NCBI GenBank assembly: GCA_036172245.1
Contig: JAYWIR010000010.1
Span: forward strand, 3,906,001 to 3,970,000
Origin: Raillietiella orientalis
Lineage: Eukaryota
DNA length: 64,000 nucleotides
Direction of reading: 5' to 3'
Numbering within the stretch: the stretch's first letter is position 1; each line of letters opens with the position of its first letter. The notes beneath the pieces were generated by a model. It was not told the origin of the DNA. It saw only the letters and a list, made by a program, of their open reading frames with translations, and searched no databases. A program made the position numbers and the translations under genes. Shown piece after piece: positions 13,530-25,090 of the stretch.

Positions 13530-14460
13530 ACGAGCTTTCCGGAAAGAAAGAAAGAAAAGAGGCAAGGCAATCCAAGGCAGTGCGAGCTTGCAAGAAGGAA
13601 TTTGATCTAACGAGATCTGACGAGCTTTGATCTGACAAGACGCAGCACCGCTTGCATCGATCTAACGGCATCCGGCACTGTGGTACGCATGAGACGATTG
13701 CAGGAACCGATTCCAACATCCTGGAATCTGGATACCAATTAATTGGAACCAATCGAAAGCTCGACCGACATCCAGGAATGATCCACAAATCCCTCGCTCG
13801 CTTTTCTTCTTCCGGTGTGTTCGGGAGCTCGGTTCAAAATAAAGCTTAGTGTTCTCTGCCTGGTTTCCAACACCTTCAGCTACTGGACGCTAGACAGACT
13901 TTTGCTAATATGAAAGATAAATAGAGGAAAACGAGCGCAGAAGTTCCCATGAATCACTCAGGCTAAAAAATTGTAATCAAAAATAATGCAGAAATTCCAT
14001 TAGCAATGATGAATGACTTGCGCACTTCAGACCGTCCATCTGACTGCGTGCCGCTTGTAGCAGTGTCATCGGCAAGTGCAGTTTTCCTGAAAATGATTTC
14101 TTGCGAGACATCTGGAAGGAGGTGGAGGAAGTCGTGTAAGAATGGGAAAATCGTTTGCTGAAGACGTCCTCTGGATCTCCCGATGCTTAGTGGGGCGGAC
14201 CAGGACATTTCGAGCTGATGGATACAACTTACGATGGTAAATGGCCGACCGGAACACACGAACCGTAGCTAATCAATCGTTTAATCATCTCCGTCCTCGG
14301 ACTGCCATCAGGAACGTTCTAATCAGCTGGGCAAGAATCGTGCTTCAAGAAATAACGAAATGAGCTCAGAGCATGCAACGAGAATCCAGTAGCCTCACTC
14401 TCAGAAGGCTGCTGCGCTCTCATTTCTTGCGAAAGATGGAACCGAGACTAGGAAGATCTC
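13530..14460 (-). pseudogene. IR pseudogene
   Basis: RPFTIVSCI (pre-M1) and GRSRGRLQQTIFPFL (M3-like) in 13963..14259; RMLES (S2) and M4-like DCLASFLSFFPE in 13522..13788. Confidence 0.45.
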
Positions 14461-14664
14461 TGAAACCAAACAGGGAACCAGAGCGACTTGGATGCTCACC
14501 CGGGTACGCCAAGGAGTTTATTTATAAATTAAATAAACATTCACAGTTTCTGTGGTTGGACCGCTAGTCCAACCCCGTCCTTTTTTGATCTAACCTGCCG
14601 CGCTACCGGCTCCCGAACCGATGAGGTCCACCAAGGTAGCAGAGGAGAGGGGGCAACCAAAAAG

Positions 14665-15111
14665 AAAAAAATGAAATAAAATAAAATAAACCCATTTCGG
14701 GAGGGAGTAAAGGTGGAGGGTGGAAGTGGGGATGTGGGAAGAGATCACTGTCTGTTGGGGGCGGTCCTTTGCATCCTTTGAAGTCGGGAAGGTCTTGCTG
14801 GATAGTCCTGTCCAGGTGGGGCCATCTCGTTGCCATCCTGATGAATTGCACGGCAAAATGGATGGCATCCCTGTCGCTGGGTCCTCCCACTGCTTTACTC
14901 CAGGCTGCGACGAGGCAGCACAAGGCTGCAAGGGAGGCTCCTGGCCGAAGGGCGTCCCGAACGAAGAGGGGTTTGATAGTGTCCCTAGAGTTACCCTTCG
15001 GGGTTGCCAGGTCCACGGCAAAGAGTTACCAGAGGAGAGGATGGTAATACAAGCCAATAACAGGTAGAGGAAGGATTCAAGCTCCTCGCACCTGACACAG
15101 TTCGGGTCCAC
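14665..15111 (-). mobile_element. 3' end of Tx1-like LINE (zinc-finger region and 3' UTR)
   Basis: PNCVRCEELESFLYLLLAC (decayed CCHC). LFVRDALRPGASLAAL..VAAWS..RDAI aligns with LFVRDALSPSASLAAL..VAAWS..RDAI at 58.6-58.8 kb. Ends in a TTTA-rich tract. Confidence 0.75.
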
Positions 15112-15399
15112 CCCCCCCCCACGTCCAGTGATGACGGCGAGCGTTGTAAGGGAGGCCCCAGTGCAACAGCATCAGCGCCGACTCCTACCACTTTAATGGG
15201 TTTTCCATCTCCACATTTTCCATCTCCAAAAGCGCTGGGGGGCACTGCAGATTTCCACAGGAAATCTCAGTAGTTCACCCCAATGCAAAAGTGCTCAGGG
15301 GGACGGGGCACTCGGAATCGCAGCTTCCGTGAGCTGACCCGTCGTCCACTCGTCCAGTCAGAGCGACTTGGAGGTGCCAGCCTGAGCGAAGGCGGTCCG

Positions 15400-16850
15400 C
15401 GTTGGGCACGATTGACCTCAGAGATGCACTGCAGGTCTCGTAGCCGACCGATGTGGAGTAAAAACCGTGGTGATATGAAACCAATACGAAGAAAGACATT
15501 TTCTTCTCCGACAGGCAGAATAGACTCTCCGAAAAAGGAGCATTTCCGAGGCTGTCTGGAGAAGGAAAAGGGATGAGATTATCGCAATTGTCTGCTCCTT
15601 CATGAGAAAAGCGACGAAATGACCACATCTCTGCCAGCAAAAGATGGAAGCTGCCAACTTCTTCCAGAGAATGCTGAGGATGCCAGGAAGAAATCCGTGA
15701 TCTTTTCCCTTCCACCCTAACATTTTTCAAACTGACTTTTTGTGTTTTTTGGGGTTTTTGTTTATCCCTTCCCCGCTTCTCTTGTGAGGACCTCGTCGGG
15801 GAGCTATTCGCGAGAAGCAGTGCCTCCTAGGCGTCTGTCTCCCTTCTCAGTGGTGATGCGGAGCCACTACGAAGACAGTTTTTATGTTTTATATGACTGT
15901 TTTTTTGTAAATATTTTTTTTAAAATCAACGGCCCGGAGAGATTGAGTAAACAAAAAAAAAAAAGAGCATTTTCTTTTCTTCGCTCCTCCTTCAGAGCGC
16001 TAATCCAAGATGACCATATCTGATGGTAGGCCACAAGTCGGTACGACCTACACTTGAAACTCATACAAAGGCATCTGAGAAAGAAATGCTCGCGAAGAAA
16101 AGGCAAGGAGAACAGCGAAAGACCGCGTGGGTCTCGAGGAAACATCACTTCCTATAGAAGGATTCACTTTGACGGAGACCATTCTAGGAAATTCCCTACG
16201 CTCGTTCGGTGCTGGTGCGAGAGTTCGATCTCCGGCTGGAAAGCAGGATTCAAAGACGAATCTCAGAGTTCCATCTTCCTTTGCGAAATTCCTTCAGACT
16301 CCATGGTTGCCGGGAAACCCCTCGGCCGGAGCAATGCATCTTGGAAGATGCAACATGTTTTGGCGGAATTTGCAAGGGCGAGGCATTCGAATCCTCCCTT
16401 CCTATGTACCATTTTTTACTCGATCTCTTTGCAGCCACTGCAATTATCACAATGGATCTGTGATCCATTCGTCGCTCTGCGTTCCGTGAATTTGTGGTCA
16501 CAACAACAGCTAATGTGGACGAAACTGCAGGCATGTGAAAACACACACACTATTGTTAATGGCGTCGTCGGCAGCAATTTTCAATCGGTGTGGTAAAGGA
16601 GGGGCTTTCTTTTTATCACCCGAGAGGCCTTCTTGCAAAACAAGAGAAAATTTCCATGTCAACGGCGGTGTACTTTCTTTCGTCACAGGGAGCGGCGGTG
16701 AGGGCTATCACAATGTAACCGGAGTCCGGGATCGTTGTCTCCGGAACGGAGGGAACAACGACTGTTCGTCGCGGATTCAATTCGAGGGAGTTTTTGTACG
16801 GGGCGCCCTGTGAATGAAATCCCGCGACCGTAACCGGACGGGCGCTTCCT
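15400..16850 (+). pseudogene. IR pseudogene
   Basis: S1 FRGCLEK..RDEIIAIVCSF (~15545-15605); M2/M3 GLEETSLPIEGFTLTETILGNSLRSF..KTNLRVP (16127..16489); S2/M4 RCGKGGAFFLSPE..RIQFEGVFV (16535..16813). Confidence 0.5.
16107..16380 (+). repeat. Direct repeat copy 1 (partner 17390-17640)
   Basis: Visible alignment gaaagaccgcg..gtctcgaggaaac..gcaggattcaaagacgaatc..agagttccatct..ttcagactccatg..aagatgcaaca in both copies. Confidence 0.9.
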
Positions 16851-17049
16851 TTATGTAGGAGGAATGCCAAAGACGGCACAGGGCTCTCGAAAGCGCCTCT
16901 TTTCATTTCGGTATTGTCAATGATGCTCTGCAGCGTCAAAGATGGATCATGCGAATGGATGCAGTTTCCCCACCCTTCTTTACCGCGAGGGGGCTCGAAG
17001 ATGGCGGCTTTACCTCGGTCGTTTGCGGCTCATCAGAAGACGAGAGGGG

Positions 17050-18280
17050 AAGATGACACTCGGTATATCTCTCGAACTCAGGGAAAGAGCTTGGCTTCTG
17101 CGCTCTCATCTCTTGTGGAAGATCGAAATGAGCCGGGAAGATCGCCGAAACTAAGCGGGAAACGAGGGCGGTTTTTTTGGAGGTTCGTATTGGGCACGAT
17201 TCACCCCAGAGATGCGAGTCTGGAAGCTGACAGAGTGTAGGACCTCTTTTTCTCCTCCGTCCGGCAGAATGGGCTCGCAGAGCAGAGATCACTCTCGGAG
17301 CTCTTCTAGCAGCTCCATGGCCTGATCGCAAGGGCAGGGAGAGTCCAGAACGGCAAGTTCCCGCTGTAGTTTGCGCTGTTGTCAGTCAGGGAGAGCAGTG
17401 AAAGACCGCGCGCGTCTCGAGGAAACGTCATTTCCTATGAAAGGATTCACTCCGACGAGAACCATTCTGGAACATTCCCTACGTTCGTCCTTGTTGATGT
17501 GGCTGGAAGGCAGGATTCAAAGACGAATCCCAGAGTTCCATCTGCCTTTGCGGAATTCTTTCAGACTCCATGATTGCCGAGGAACCCCTCGACCGGAGTA
17601 ATGCACCTTGTAAGATGCAACACGGAGTTTGCAAGGACGGACGCCGAGTCCAAATGCCAGCCTCCAGATTCTTACATGAGATCCGAAGGCGTGAATGAAG
17701 GTGGGAGAACGTTACGAGGGAAAATTTTAGTCTCTCATGAACCTTAGCTCATAAGAGATGATGGAAAGGGTGTCCGGAGATGAAGGATAGAGGCGATCGG
17801 ATCCTCAGAAAGTCAAGACTGGACTGCCTTTCTGAAGAACTGTCTTTCTCCTTGTAGGACTCTTTCCACGCGCCCGAATGTTCCCTTGACATGATCCTGA
17901 GATGGGGATCACAGAAGAGCACGAGCTTCTTCCCCCCCCCCTCTCTCTCTCTCTCGCTCGAGAGATTGCAGCAACACTCAAGCTGACTGATCCCAGACCG
18001 TTCCCCTAATGAGCAAAGCAAGATGGATGACGAATCAGAGATATATATCTCTCTCCGTTGGTCACCAGATAGGTGGAATTTCGTGGCGACTGCCGTCAGG
18101 GACCTGTTGCTCCAGACAGTATACCACGAGCCCAGAGTTGGACCAATTTAAAAAAGCGAAGCTGGGTGTCCCTGATGTGAAAACGTTAGAGGAAATCCTG
18201 CAGCCCACAAGAGCTGCTTACTTTCAGCCGCAGTGATCTCCTAGGGTAGCTGCTGGTCCCGTGTGGTTTCGCACGCTCTC
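17050..18280 (+). pseudogene. IR pseudogene
   Basis: LTECRTSFSPP (S1 end); RLEETSFPMKGFTPTRTILEHSLRSSLLMW (M2/M3; 17371..17601); GGISWRLPSGT (S2; cf. xAWALPKGS) and EILQPTRAAYF (M4-like) in 18009..18236. Confidence 0.5.
17390..17640 (+). repeat. Direct repeat copy 2 (partner 16107-16380)
   Basis: Same alignment as copy 1, with a small internal deletion relative to it. Confidence 0.9.
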
Positions 18281-18299
18281 ACGTTTCCCACGAGCACCG

Positions 18300-20560
18300 T
18301 CACGAGTCGCCAGATGAACTCGGCGCTGCTGTCAGCACAGGCAACTGGATCGGAGTAGGACGATGGTTGGGAAGCTGAGATCTGATCGGGTCTTCGGAGC
18401 TCCGCAAAGCGCGGTGAAGCAGCCTGGATACGAAACGAGGTGGGATCCGAGTGGGTGCGGTTCGGGAGGAGAGGAGCAAGCGAGGTCTTCCGGAAGGCTC
18501 GTCGTCCTTCGTTTCCGGAGGCGGCTGAGTTTCAGCTGCGAGGAAGAGGCGGGGAGACCGGCAGTGCTTCTTGCGAGAGTTGCCTGCACTTTTCTGCGGA
18601 TCGTGTATGGGGTGTTTCTCTTCGTTCGCATGGAGAACTCCTACCTTCCTGCAGCTGAATCTGCCAGGTCCCTCGGCGTGGGTCCGGGATCGCATAAGGA
18701 AATGCGGGCGGAGGGATTTCTTCTCGCAGCTTTCTCTCCTCCCTTGTCGGGAAAGGAACGCTGAATCCGCGATGCGCGTCAAAGACCGAGGAGCGAGGGC
18801 GAGTGCGCTATCAGGAAGTCCTCTCTCTTGGCGCCAAAAGTTTCCATCGTTCAGTCGAGCGTGTTCTCCCAATCCTCGGGACTGCACGGGGTCCAAAGTT
18901 TTTCCGGCTTCCAACTCTGGATCCTAGTGCGTAGGTTCGCGCTAAGTCCTTCGGAGGGCAAAGATACTGTAATCTCTCCGTTTGCTTAACAAACAAGAGA
19001 CTGGTTCGCGTACGTTTTTAAATTTCCAGCTCCTTCAGGAACCCCTTCATTTGAGGTATCCCAAGCTTAACGACCCGGCGGTAGTCGCGCAAACTGGCGC
19101 TCGGGTTCTAGGGAGCGGAAGTCTGTCTCCCACTCTGTTTCCCTCCTTTCCTCTTCTTCTTGGAAACGCTGCTGCTGTGCTTCCAAATGGGAGTTGCATA
19201 TGACGGAGAGGGCTTGCTTTCCTCAGGGAGCAGCTCGTCTTCTTCCGTCCCCAGGATCCGCCACAGCCTGATAGCCTTTGAGGTGCGGGCCGCCAGGCCG
19301 CACGTGCCTCCAGGTGCCGATGGGGAAGAAGCTTCTGGTAGGTCCACTGACCAGATTACGCGCTTCGACTTTCTTCTCTCTCCCGGTTTCCTTCTGCAGC
19401 CGGAGCCCAGGCAGCCGCGATACTTTCTCTCTCCAGATGAGAGCTTTTGGTCTCTCACATCCGGAAGCATTCCAAAGTCGCTCGAGACTCTGAGCGAGAA
19501 TCCCGCCTTCCTGCTTCCTCGGGACAGCACTCAGGGAACTCAGCAGTTTCCTCCTCGAGCCTTTCGAACTCTCACCCTAGGAGATTTGGAGCAGCCAGCT
19601 CCCTTTTCTCACCTTTCCCGAAAGTCATGCAAGCTGCTCAGCTTGCGTGCCCCGTGCTTCCGGGACATACGCTCCGCGTTTGCTAATCCCGTCTCCCGGA
19701 ACATTGGAAGAGCTTTCTGGAAGAGAATTCAGTGTGAAGCTTTTTTTTTTCCTGGAGCAAGAAGGAAGCCCCCAGGAAGAGATGGGAAGCACAACGGAAG
19801 AAAGACGGTTCCTTCTTCCGCTGTAATCTTGATCTCACGACCAATGAGGAGGCGACACCTCCTAAGGTCCTCAAGTGTCCTTCCTTTCTTCCTTTCATCC
19901 TCAGCTGGCATCCTCAGGGTGGTTCCCGTGCGGGTGGGTGTACCCGGGCCAACGCGCCCTCGAGAAAAGCAGGAGGATCCCAGCGGTTTGATTGCCGGCG
20001 TGAGCGGTTTGCCGAGCCCTCAGGGATGCAAGCGATGGGGGCGCGGATCTCCAGGTGCGCCCACGATGGCAGCAAGTCTGGGAGTCGACTGAATCCCGAC
20101 CAGGGATCGCGCTTCCTCTTGCGGTGCTCTGAGAGAAGTCGCAGTCGCTATCACTGCCGGTTGCCATAGAAACGCCGTTTGCTGAGGGGGGAGCGGACGC
20201 TCAGCGTTCGTCGACGACGAACCGAATCCTGGGCTCATCCCTAATGTAAACATCCCACTCCACTAATTTTTCTCAGCCCGCTTTCCCACATTCCACTCAT
20301 CCCAACCCGGAACATGCAAAGTGGAGCTTTCAAACGCTTTCTTCTTTGGGGGTAGGGATGTCACGAAAAAAAACTTGGCGATGGACTCACAGGCTGTTGC
20401 GCCAGCAGCCCCCTTGACGTCTGAAGAGCGACGACGGAGCGTGGAGAATCGAAAAATTCGACCACTTCCGCCCAGCTTGCACTTTTGGTCCTCCCCTTCT
20501 GCTGCCTTCCGTTCCCGGGCACGCATTTGTTTGGTTTGACTTTTCACCTCCGTGACTTTC
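18300..20560 (-). mobile_element. Decayed L1/Tx1-like LINE ORF2 (linker + RT)
   Basis: MRARERKAAEGED (cf. IRSRxxWxxEGE); SAIPGRDSV (cf. KSPGxDG); KKGRTLEDLRRCRLLIGREIKITA; GTEEDELL at the YADD position; TERLQYLC (cf. YLG); RLNDGNFWRQERG matching TFEEGNFLLPERA of the 57 kb copy. Confidence 0.7.
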
Positions 20561-20655
20561 CATGAATGCGACGTGGTTTACGGGTGTGCTCCATTTTATC
20601 TCGGGTTCTGCTACATGCTGTCTGGAAAAAAAATTTGAAAATTAAAAATATTCGA

Positions 20656-20657
<2 letters not shown>

Positions 20658-20690
<33 letters not shown>
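20658..20690 (+). repeat. Poly(A) tract (33 nt) overlapping AATAAA
   Basis: ttcgaat followed by an uninterrupted A run. Confidence 0.95.
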
Positions 20691-20691
<1 letters not shown>

Positions 20692-20959
20692 GGCCTTCCC
20701 GGATCGTCTCTTGCAGGGCATTACTCGCAGAAAGGAACTCAGTGATTCTCTGCTTCACACCGACCGTCCCTGGCTTTTGTCTTCCTTAGGACCAAGCCTG
20801 TCACTATCCTCTTCATCTCACTAGGAAAAGCGGCGACGCTTACTTCTCTTTCTCTTTCGTTCCTTTCTTCCTCCGAGCAAAAAGCGGAAAGAAGGAGGAG
20901 GAGGAGGAGATCTCCCGAGGAAGAGATTTCTCTTCCTCGAAAGTGGTTCAGAACCCAGT

Positions 20960-21200
20960 GCACACTCCACTGAACCTCCTCCGCGTACACTCCTTTCCCG
21001 AAAATCTGCTCCGCAGAAAATCTGTTCAGGGTCCGAGAACGGAAGGAGCGGCCAGAGAGGTCTGGAAGCGCTGAAACACGAGAGGAAGTTCCTGGGAAAA
21101 CACGGATACCCCTTGAAGGTGGAAAAAGCACGTGGTGGTGGCTCCTCGAGAGGATGGCCGAAGGACTGGGGACTAGGGATTTGCGAAACTAGCGAAGAGA
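20960..21200 (+). mobile_element. LINE ORF2 fragment (post-RT GGLG region); inverted partner of 23791-23938
   Basis: RKFLGK..KHVVVAPREDG / AEGLGTRDF (cf. FLW..LxxPxxxGGLGxxD). 21000-21149 aligns with the reverse complement of 23791-23938. Confidence 0.5.
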
Positions 21201-21299
21201 TGCTCCCTCATGCAGCTTGTTCGTTGCCATTTCTTTTGCCGACCCCACGAGGTGTTCCAAAACAGCGACGTTCGCTGCACTCCACAGAATAACTGAGTA

Positions 21300-22800
21300 T
21301 CTCGCGGTGGGAATACTGAAATCTGGGAACCCTGCTGCTAGCCCCTCTTCCCTCAAGTGTCCATGACACTCCCCCAGAGCACACGTAGCGCTTTCCCACG
21401 ATCACCAGTGATCCAGGAAAGACAAAAAACTGAAAACACATTCTCATCCCTAAACTTCTAAGGAACTTCATGGAAATCCTCGATTCCATAACTTTTGGAC
21501 GTGAAACCCCTTCCCGTGCTACCGCACGCCACTGAAGAGGATCGAGATTCTGTGTGGCAACGGCTGAAGCGCATCTCGGAGGAACAGAAGCGCCGTCTTC
21601 TGTTTCCGTGTCTCCTGGAAGTGTAGGGATTTGACCAGAAGACTGCTTCGAGCAATGCGGCACGGAATGGCGGCATGTGTGAAAATCCAAGAACCGAACT
21701 TCTTGGTCTTTTCCTTTCGCCTTGCCTCCTCTGCGCAGCGGCGAATGCCTCCGACTCCGCGTGCGCCGCCCACGTGACCTCCTGTGCGGGAAGGTGAGCG
21801 TGCCACGTGGTAAGAAACCCGAAGACACACACTCGACCATCACGCTAGCAATCGAAGCCACCAGAGCTGAAAGACGTGGGGACCCGGCAGTCAAGGGCGC
21901 CGCTATGAAACGGAAGTCGGTGCTGTCTCCAGCCAGCCCATCATGGGGGGCAGATTCGGAAGCTGAAGCCAGGGCCAGAGGGCTTTGGGGAGGAGAAGGG
22001 GTAGCAGGCGTCAATCGTCCATCGCGAGTATCCAGAAGCGCCACGAGAGGAGGCAAACAAGAGTTCCCACCTAGCAGCAATCGCGCCTCGGCATAACTTC
22101 ATCGAACACGATGCTGCTGCTGCGCAAGAAATAATAAAAAGGCAAGGAACCTTCGCTTCGCCTTGAGAGGAGCACCGGTAAGAGTCTTTTCCGTGGCTGG
22201 GGTCCGCAGGATACGCTGGGACCCGTGGAATCACCGAGGGAACCGATGGTTTCCGAAGAGGCGCTCTATTTGAGGCGAATGGCGTGCTCGAGAGCTCCGT
22301 ATTCGCGGAATGAGGATGGGAGCACCAGGCAGGTGACCCACCATCCCTAACGAGAGGAATAGCAGTCTCGTTACGAGGAAAGGCTGAAGAGGAAGGACGG
22401 GCTGTGATGCGGCGGACATGACACCCTTCATTCGTCTTCCCTTCCTTCCCAGCATAGATGTAATGAGCAAAGTGGGAATTTAAGGCAACGGTGTTTTCAA
22501 GACAAGGCGCCGTCGCAAGTTTCAGGGACGCCTGTGGCAGCACTGGGACGACCAAGTTTGAGTGCCCTGAGGCGGATGCCATCTGACAGGTCGAGCATCG
22601 CGTCGGAGCAGTGTCATTTCCATAGAGAAGGAGGGATTTTTCTGTGGTTTTATTGGGCAGTGGATATTCCCAGCACTCGGTGGCGCCCAGCAACAAGTCC
22701 AGAGTGTGCGGAAGATGCCCGATCTTCGCCCTCTCCCGGATCGCGTGTTCCGCTTCATCCGAACGAACGCCATAGTGTAGGGAGCTGCGCTCTGTCCCAG
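21300..22800 (-). mobile_element. Decayed Tx1-like LINE 5' part (ORF1 end + endonuclease)
   Basis: LLLYGNDTAPTRCSTCQMASASGH (ORF1 zinc-knuckle-like); LLGGNSCL (cf. GGDFNC); RVSYHV (cf. SDH); KFGSWIFTHAAI (cf. GxWKxNxSxL). Confidence 0.5.
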
Positions 22801-22889
22801 CCATCCATGTTTCTTCGAGAAAGGCTGAGCACTCTGTGGCAGATGTCAGGAGTGCGGCGATGACAGCCCCGTGGATTGATTGATGAATC

Positions 22890-23250
22890 CTAATTTCGTA
22901 AAGATTCTTCTACAGAAACGGTGTGGGAGATCGCGTTATCGTGCTGCGGCTTAACTAAAGTTCCTGAGGCGCTTTCGGAAGAGCTTTCCTGCAGCAGGAA
23001 TTCGATCTCTCTCGTTACCTTCGATGTTAGCTTTGTGCACGGATTTCCTTTTCATCAGATACGCTTCCTTTTTCTCCCAGATTAATGGATCAGGGCTCAA
23101 CAGATTTTATTGTTGTCCAGCATCACATTCACGGATTCTTCGTGAGCGTCCCTTTGCGTTGTCTCAGTGGGAGGACGTATTTTGCGCACAGAAGGGTGCC
23201 AACAAATTGGGAAGCACCCCTCGTCTTTATAGGAATTTCCTTTAGAAAAA
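22890..23250 (+). pseudogene. IR fragment (M1-M3)
   Basis: SSTETVWEIALSCC (cf. PFSxEVW) followed by FGRAFLQQ (M2-like). Confidence 0.35.
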
Positions 23251-23399
23251 AAACAAAACGGAAAGGGGAAAATTCCCATGCGCAAATCCCTACTTTCTGC
23301 CAAAAAAGAAAGAAAGAGAAAGAAAAGAAAAGAAAAGCGAATCTTTGCGGCGGTCCAACGAACAAGATGAAGAGCGTACTTTAATTAGCAACGGGATTA

Positions 23400-23950
23400 C
23401 GTACCACCAGTCCGTCTCAGTTCCCCAGCGACCAACCGCTTGGAAAGCGAGATGCCCACTCATTCCAAACTGTCGGTTGCATCACGCTGAGCCTGCTACC
23501 CTGCGTCGTCGTCGGGCGCCCATCTGCGACCACTCTTGCGATTATTCTTCCCGGTCTTGCGCATCCACGGGTCTCATTGTGCTTCCAGGACCACATCGCG
23601 AGCACTTTCCGGTTCTAGTTCATTCAAATTACTCGCTCTCCTGGGTTGGGAGATGTTCCGGGGCTCTCTCTAGAGAAGCTTCGGACCTGCTGAAAATGCA
23701 CTCGAGGTCTTCCGGGAGTCGACTGAGACGGAAGAACCGGAGGAAGGCTGCGAAACAGGAAGACCGTCGTCTCTCCAAGGTCCCTTTATTTCGAGGACCC
23801 ATCACCACGTGCTCCTTCCACCTTCAGGGGCTGTCCGCGTTTTCCCAAGAACCCGGCTCTCGGGTTTCAGCGCTTCCAAACCTCTTTAGCCACGCCTGTC
23901 GTTCGCGCACCCCGAACAGTTCTGTGGAGCAGATTTTCTGGTGCACTCTT
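23400..23950 (-). mobile_element. LINE ORF2 C-terminal fragment
   Basis: 23791-23938 is an inverted copy of the LINE-like segment at 21000-21149. The extension down to ~23400 is inferred. Confidence 0.4.
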
Positions 23951-24129
23951 AGTGGGATCCGAGCCGAGTAAAGTGCCCTTGGATTAGGTTCCCGTGCTTC
24001 CGTGCTCTTTGCAAAATGCTGCTGCTTGCTCTCCCTCGGTTCCGTTGTCCCTTCTTGCCCTTCTCCTTTGGTCGCTCATGGAACCGGGGACACTTTGACC
24101 GCGGTCCTCCCTGTCCACAGAGAGATGAC

Positions 24130-24570
24130 ACAGATCTGCGCTCCCTTTCCTGAGAAGTCATGTGAGCCGCTGCTGGGTTTCCAGGTTTTGGACACAGATT
24201 GGGAATGCCAGGGCTGTGTGGAAGGGCGGCTTCGTGGATGGCTTTTGGTCGGCGACGCCGGTTCCGGTAGAGAAGAAGAGCGGGGCCGGCTCAGCGACCG
24301 ATCATGATGCACAACCCCGTACTGCTCTGGGCGAAGGAGAATCGACCACCGATTTATTTCCGGCTGGAGCCGAATGGGTGCAGCAGCAGTTGCATTTCCG
24401 AGGAACTTCCCGAGGTCGCATGAAGGCATCCAGCTCCTCGCAGAGGAACGGAAGGAAGTTGCAGTCCAGCAGAGCGGCGAGGTCTCAACATCGGACAAAC
24501 CAAGGTTATGGAGCTTCGAGAGGGGCAGCGGTCATCCGGATGGATGATCATGGCAAAGAAGGCGGGCGAG
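24130..24570 (+). mobile_element. LINE RT fragment (left arm of inverted pair)
   Basis: LNIGQTKVMELREG (cf. LxINxxKTKVM after YADD). 24361-24567 aligns with the reverse complement of 24892-25085. Confidence 0.45.
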
Positions 24571-24789
24571 TCACGCTGATTAGGGTTCTCATGAGCGGGA
24601 ACGGAAGGTCAAAGGAGGTCGGATGCAAAAGTAAGGGCTGCAACAGAGCGCCGCACGTTTGACGAACCCTTCCTTGTCCCTCCGTAATGACCAGCGATTT
24701 GGTTCGATTCTCTTCCCTTGGAGGGATACACGCTCCAGCATGAGCCCGCTGATCGTCAGCCGCGTCCCTGGACTCCTCCTCCTCGTCGT

Positions 24790-25090
24790 TTTCAGTCATT
24801 TGTTGCAGGTCTGGCCGGTCGGTCCATTTCCGTGTAGCCAGACCGCGGGATCCGACTCGCAACCGAGCACCCAGCTTCGGCGGGTCTTGCACGCCTTCTT
24901 CGCCATGATCGTCCAGCCTGATGGCCGCTGCCCCTTTCGAAGCTCCACAACCTCGGTGTGTCCGATGCTGAAAGGTGGCCCTCTGCTGGCCTGCAGCATC
25001 CTTCCATCAGCCTTCGCGGGCTTCTCGTGGCTGCCAGCTCGGAGGCAGGTCGCGCGGGAGACGCAGTTTCTACCGCTTCGAACCTCGGCG
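24790..25090 (-). mobile_element. LINE RT fragment (right arm of inverted pair)
   Basis: FSIGHTEVVELRKGQRPSGWTIMAKKA..WVLGC (24796..25098) parallels LNIGQTKVMELREGQRSSGWMIMAKKA and runs into a YLG-like motif. Confidence 0.45.

Noticed and set aside
18300..18900. Tyrosine recombinase / DIRS element
   Set aside because: No R-HxxR-Y arrangement; the region continues a LINE ORF2.
19160..20092. 310 aa plus-strand ORF; likewise 8420..9547 and 8898..9611
   Set aside because: Antisense or off-frame readings of LINE remnants with no independent domain signal.
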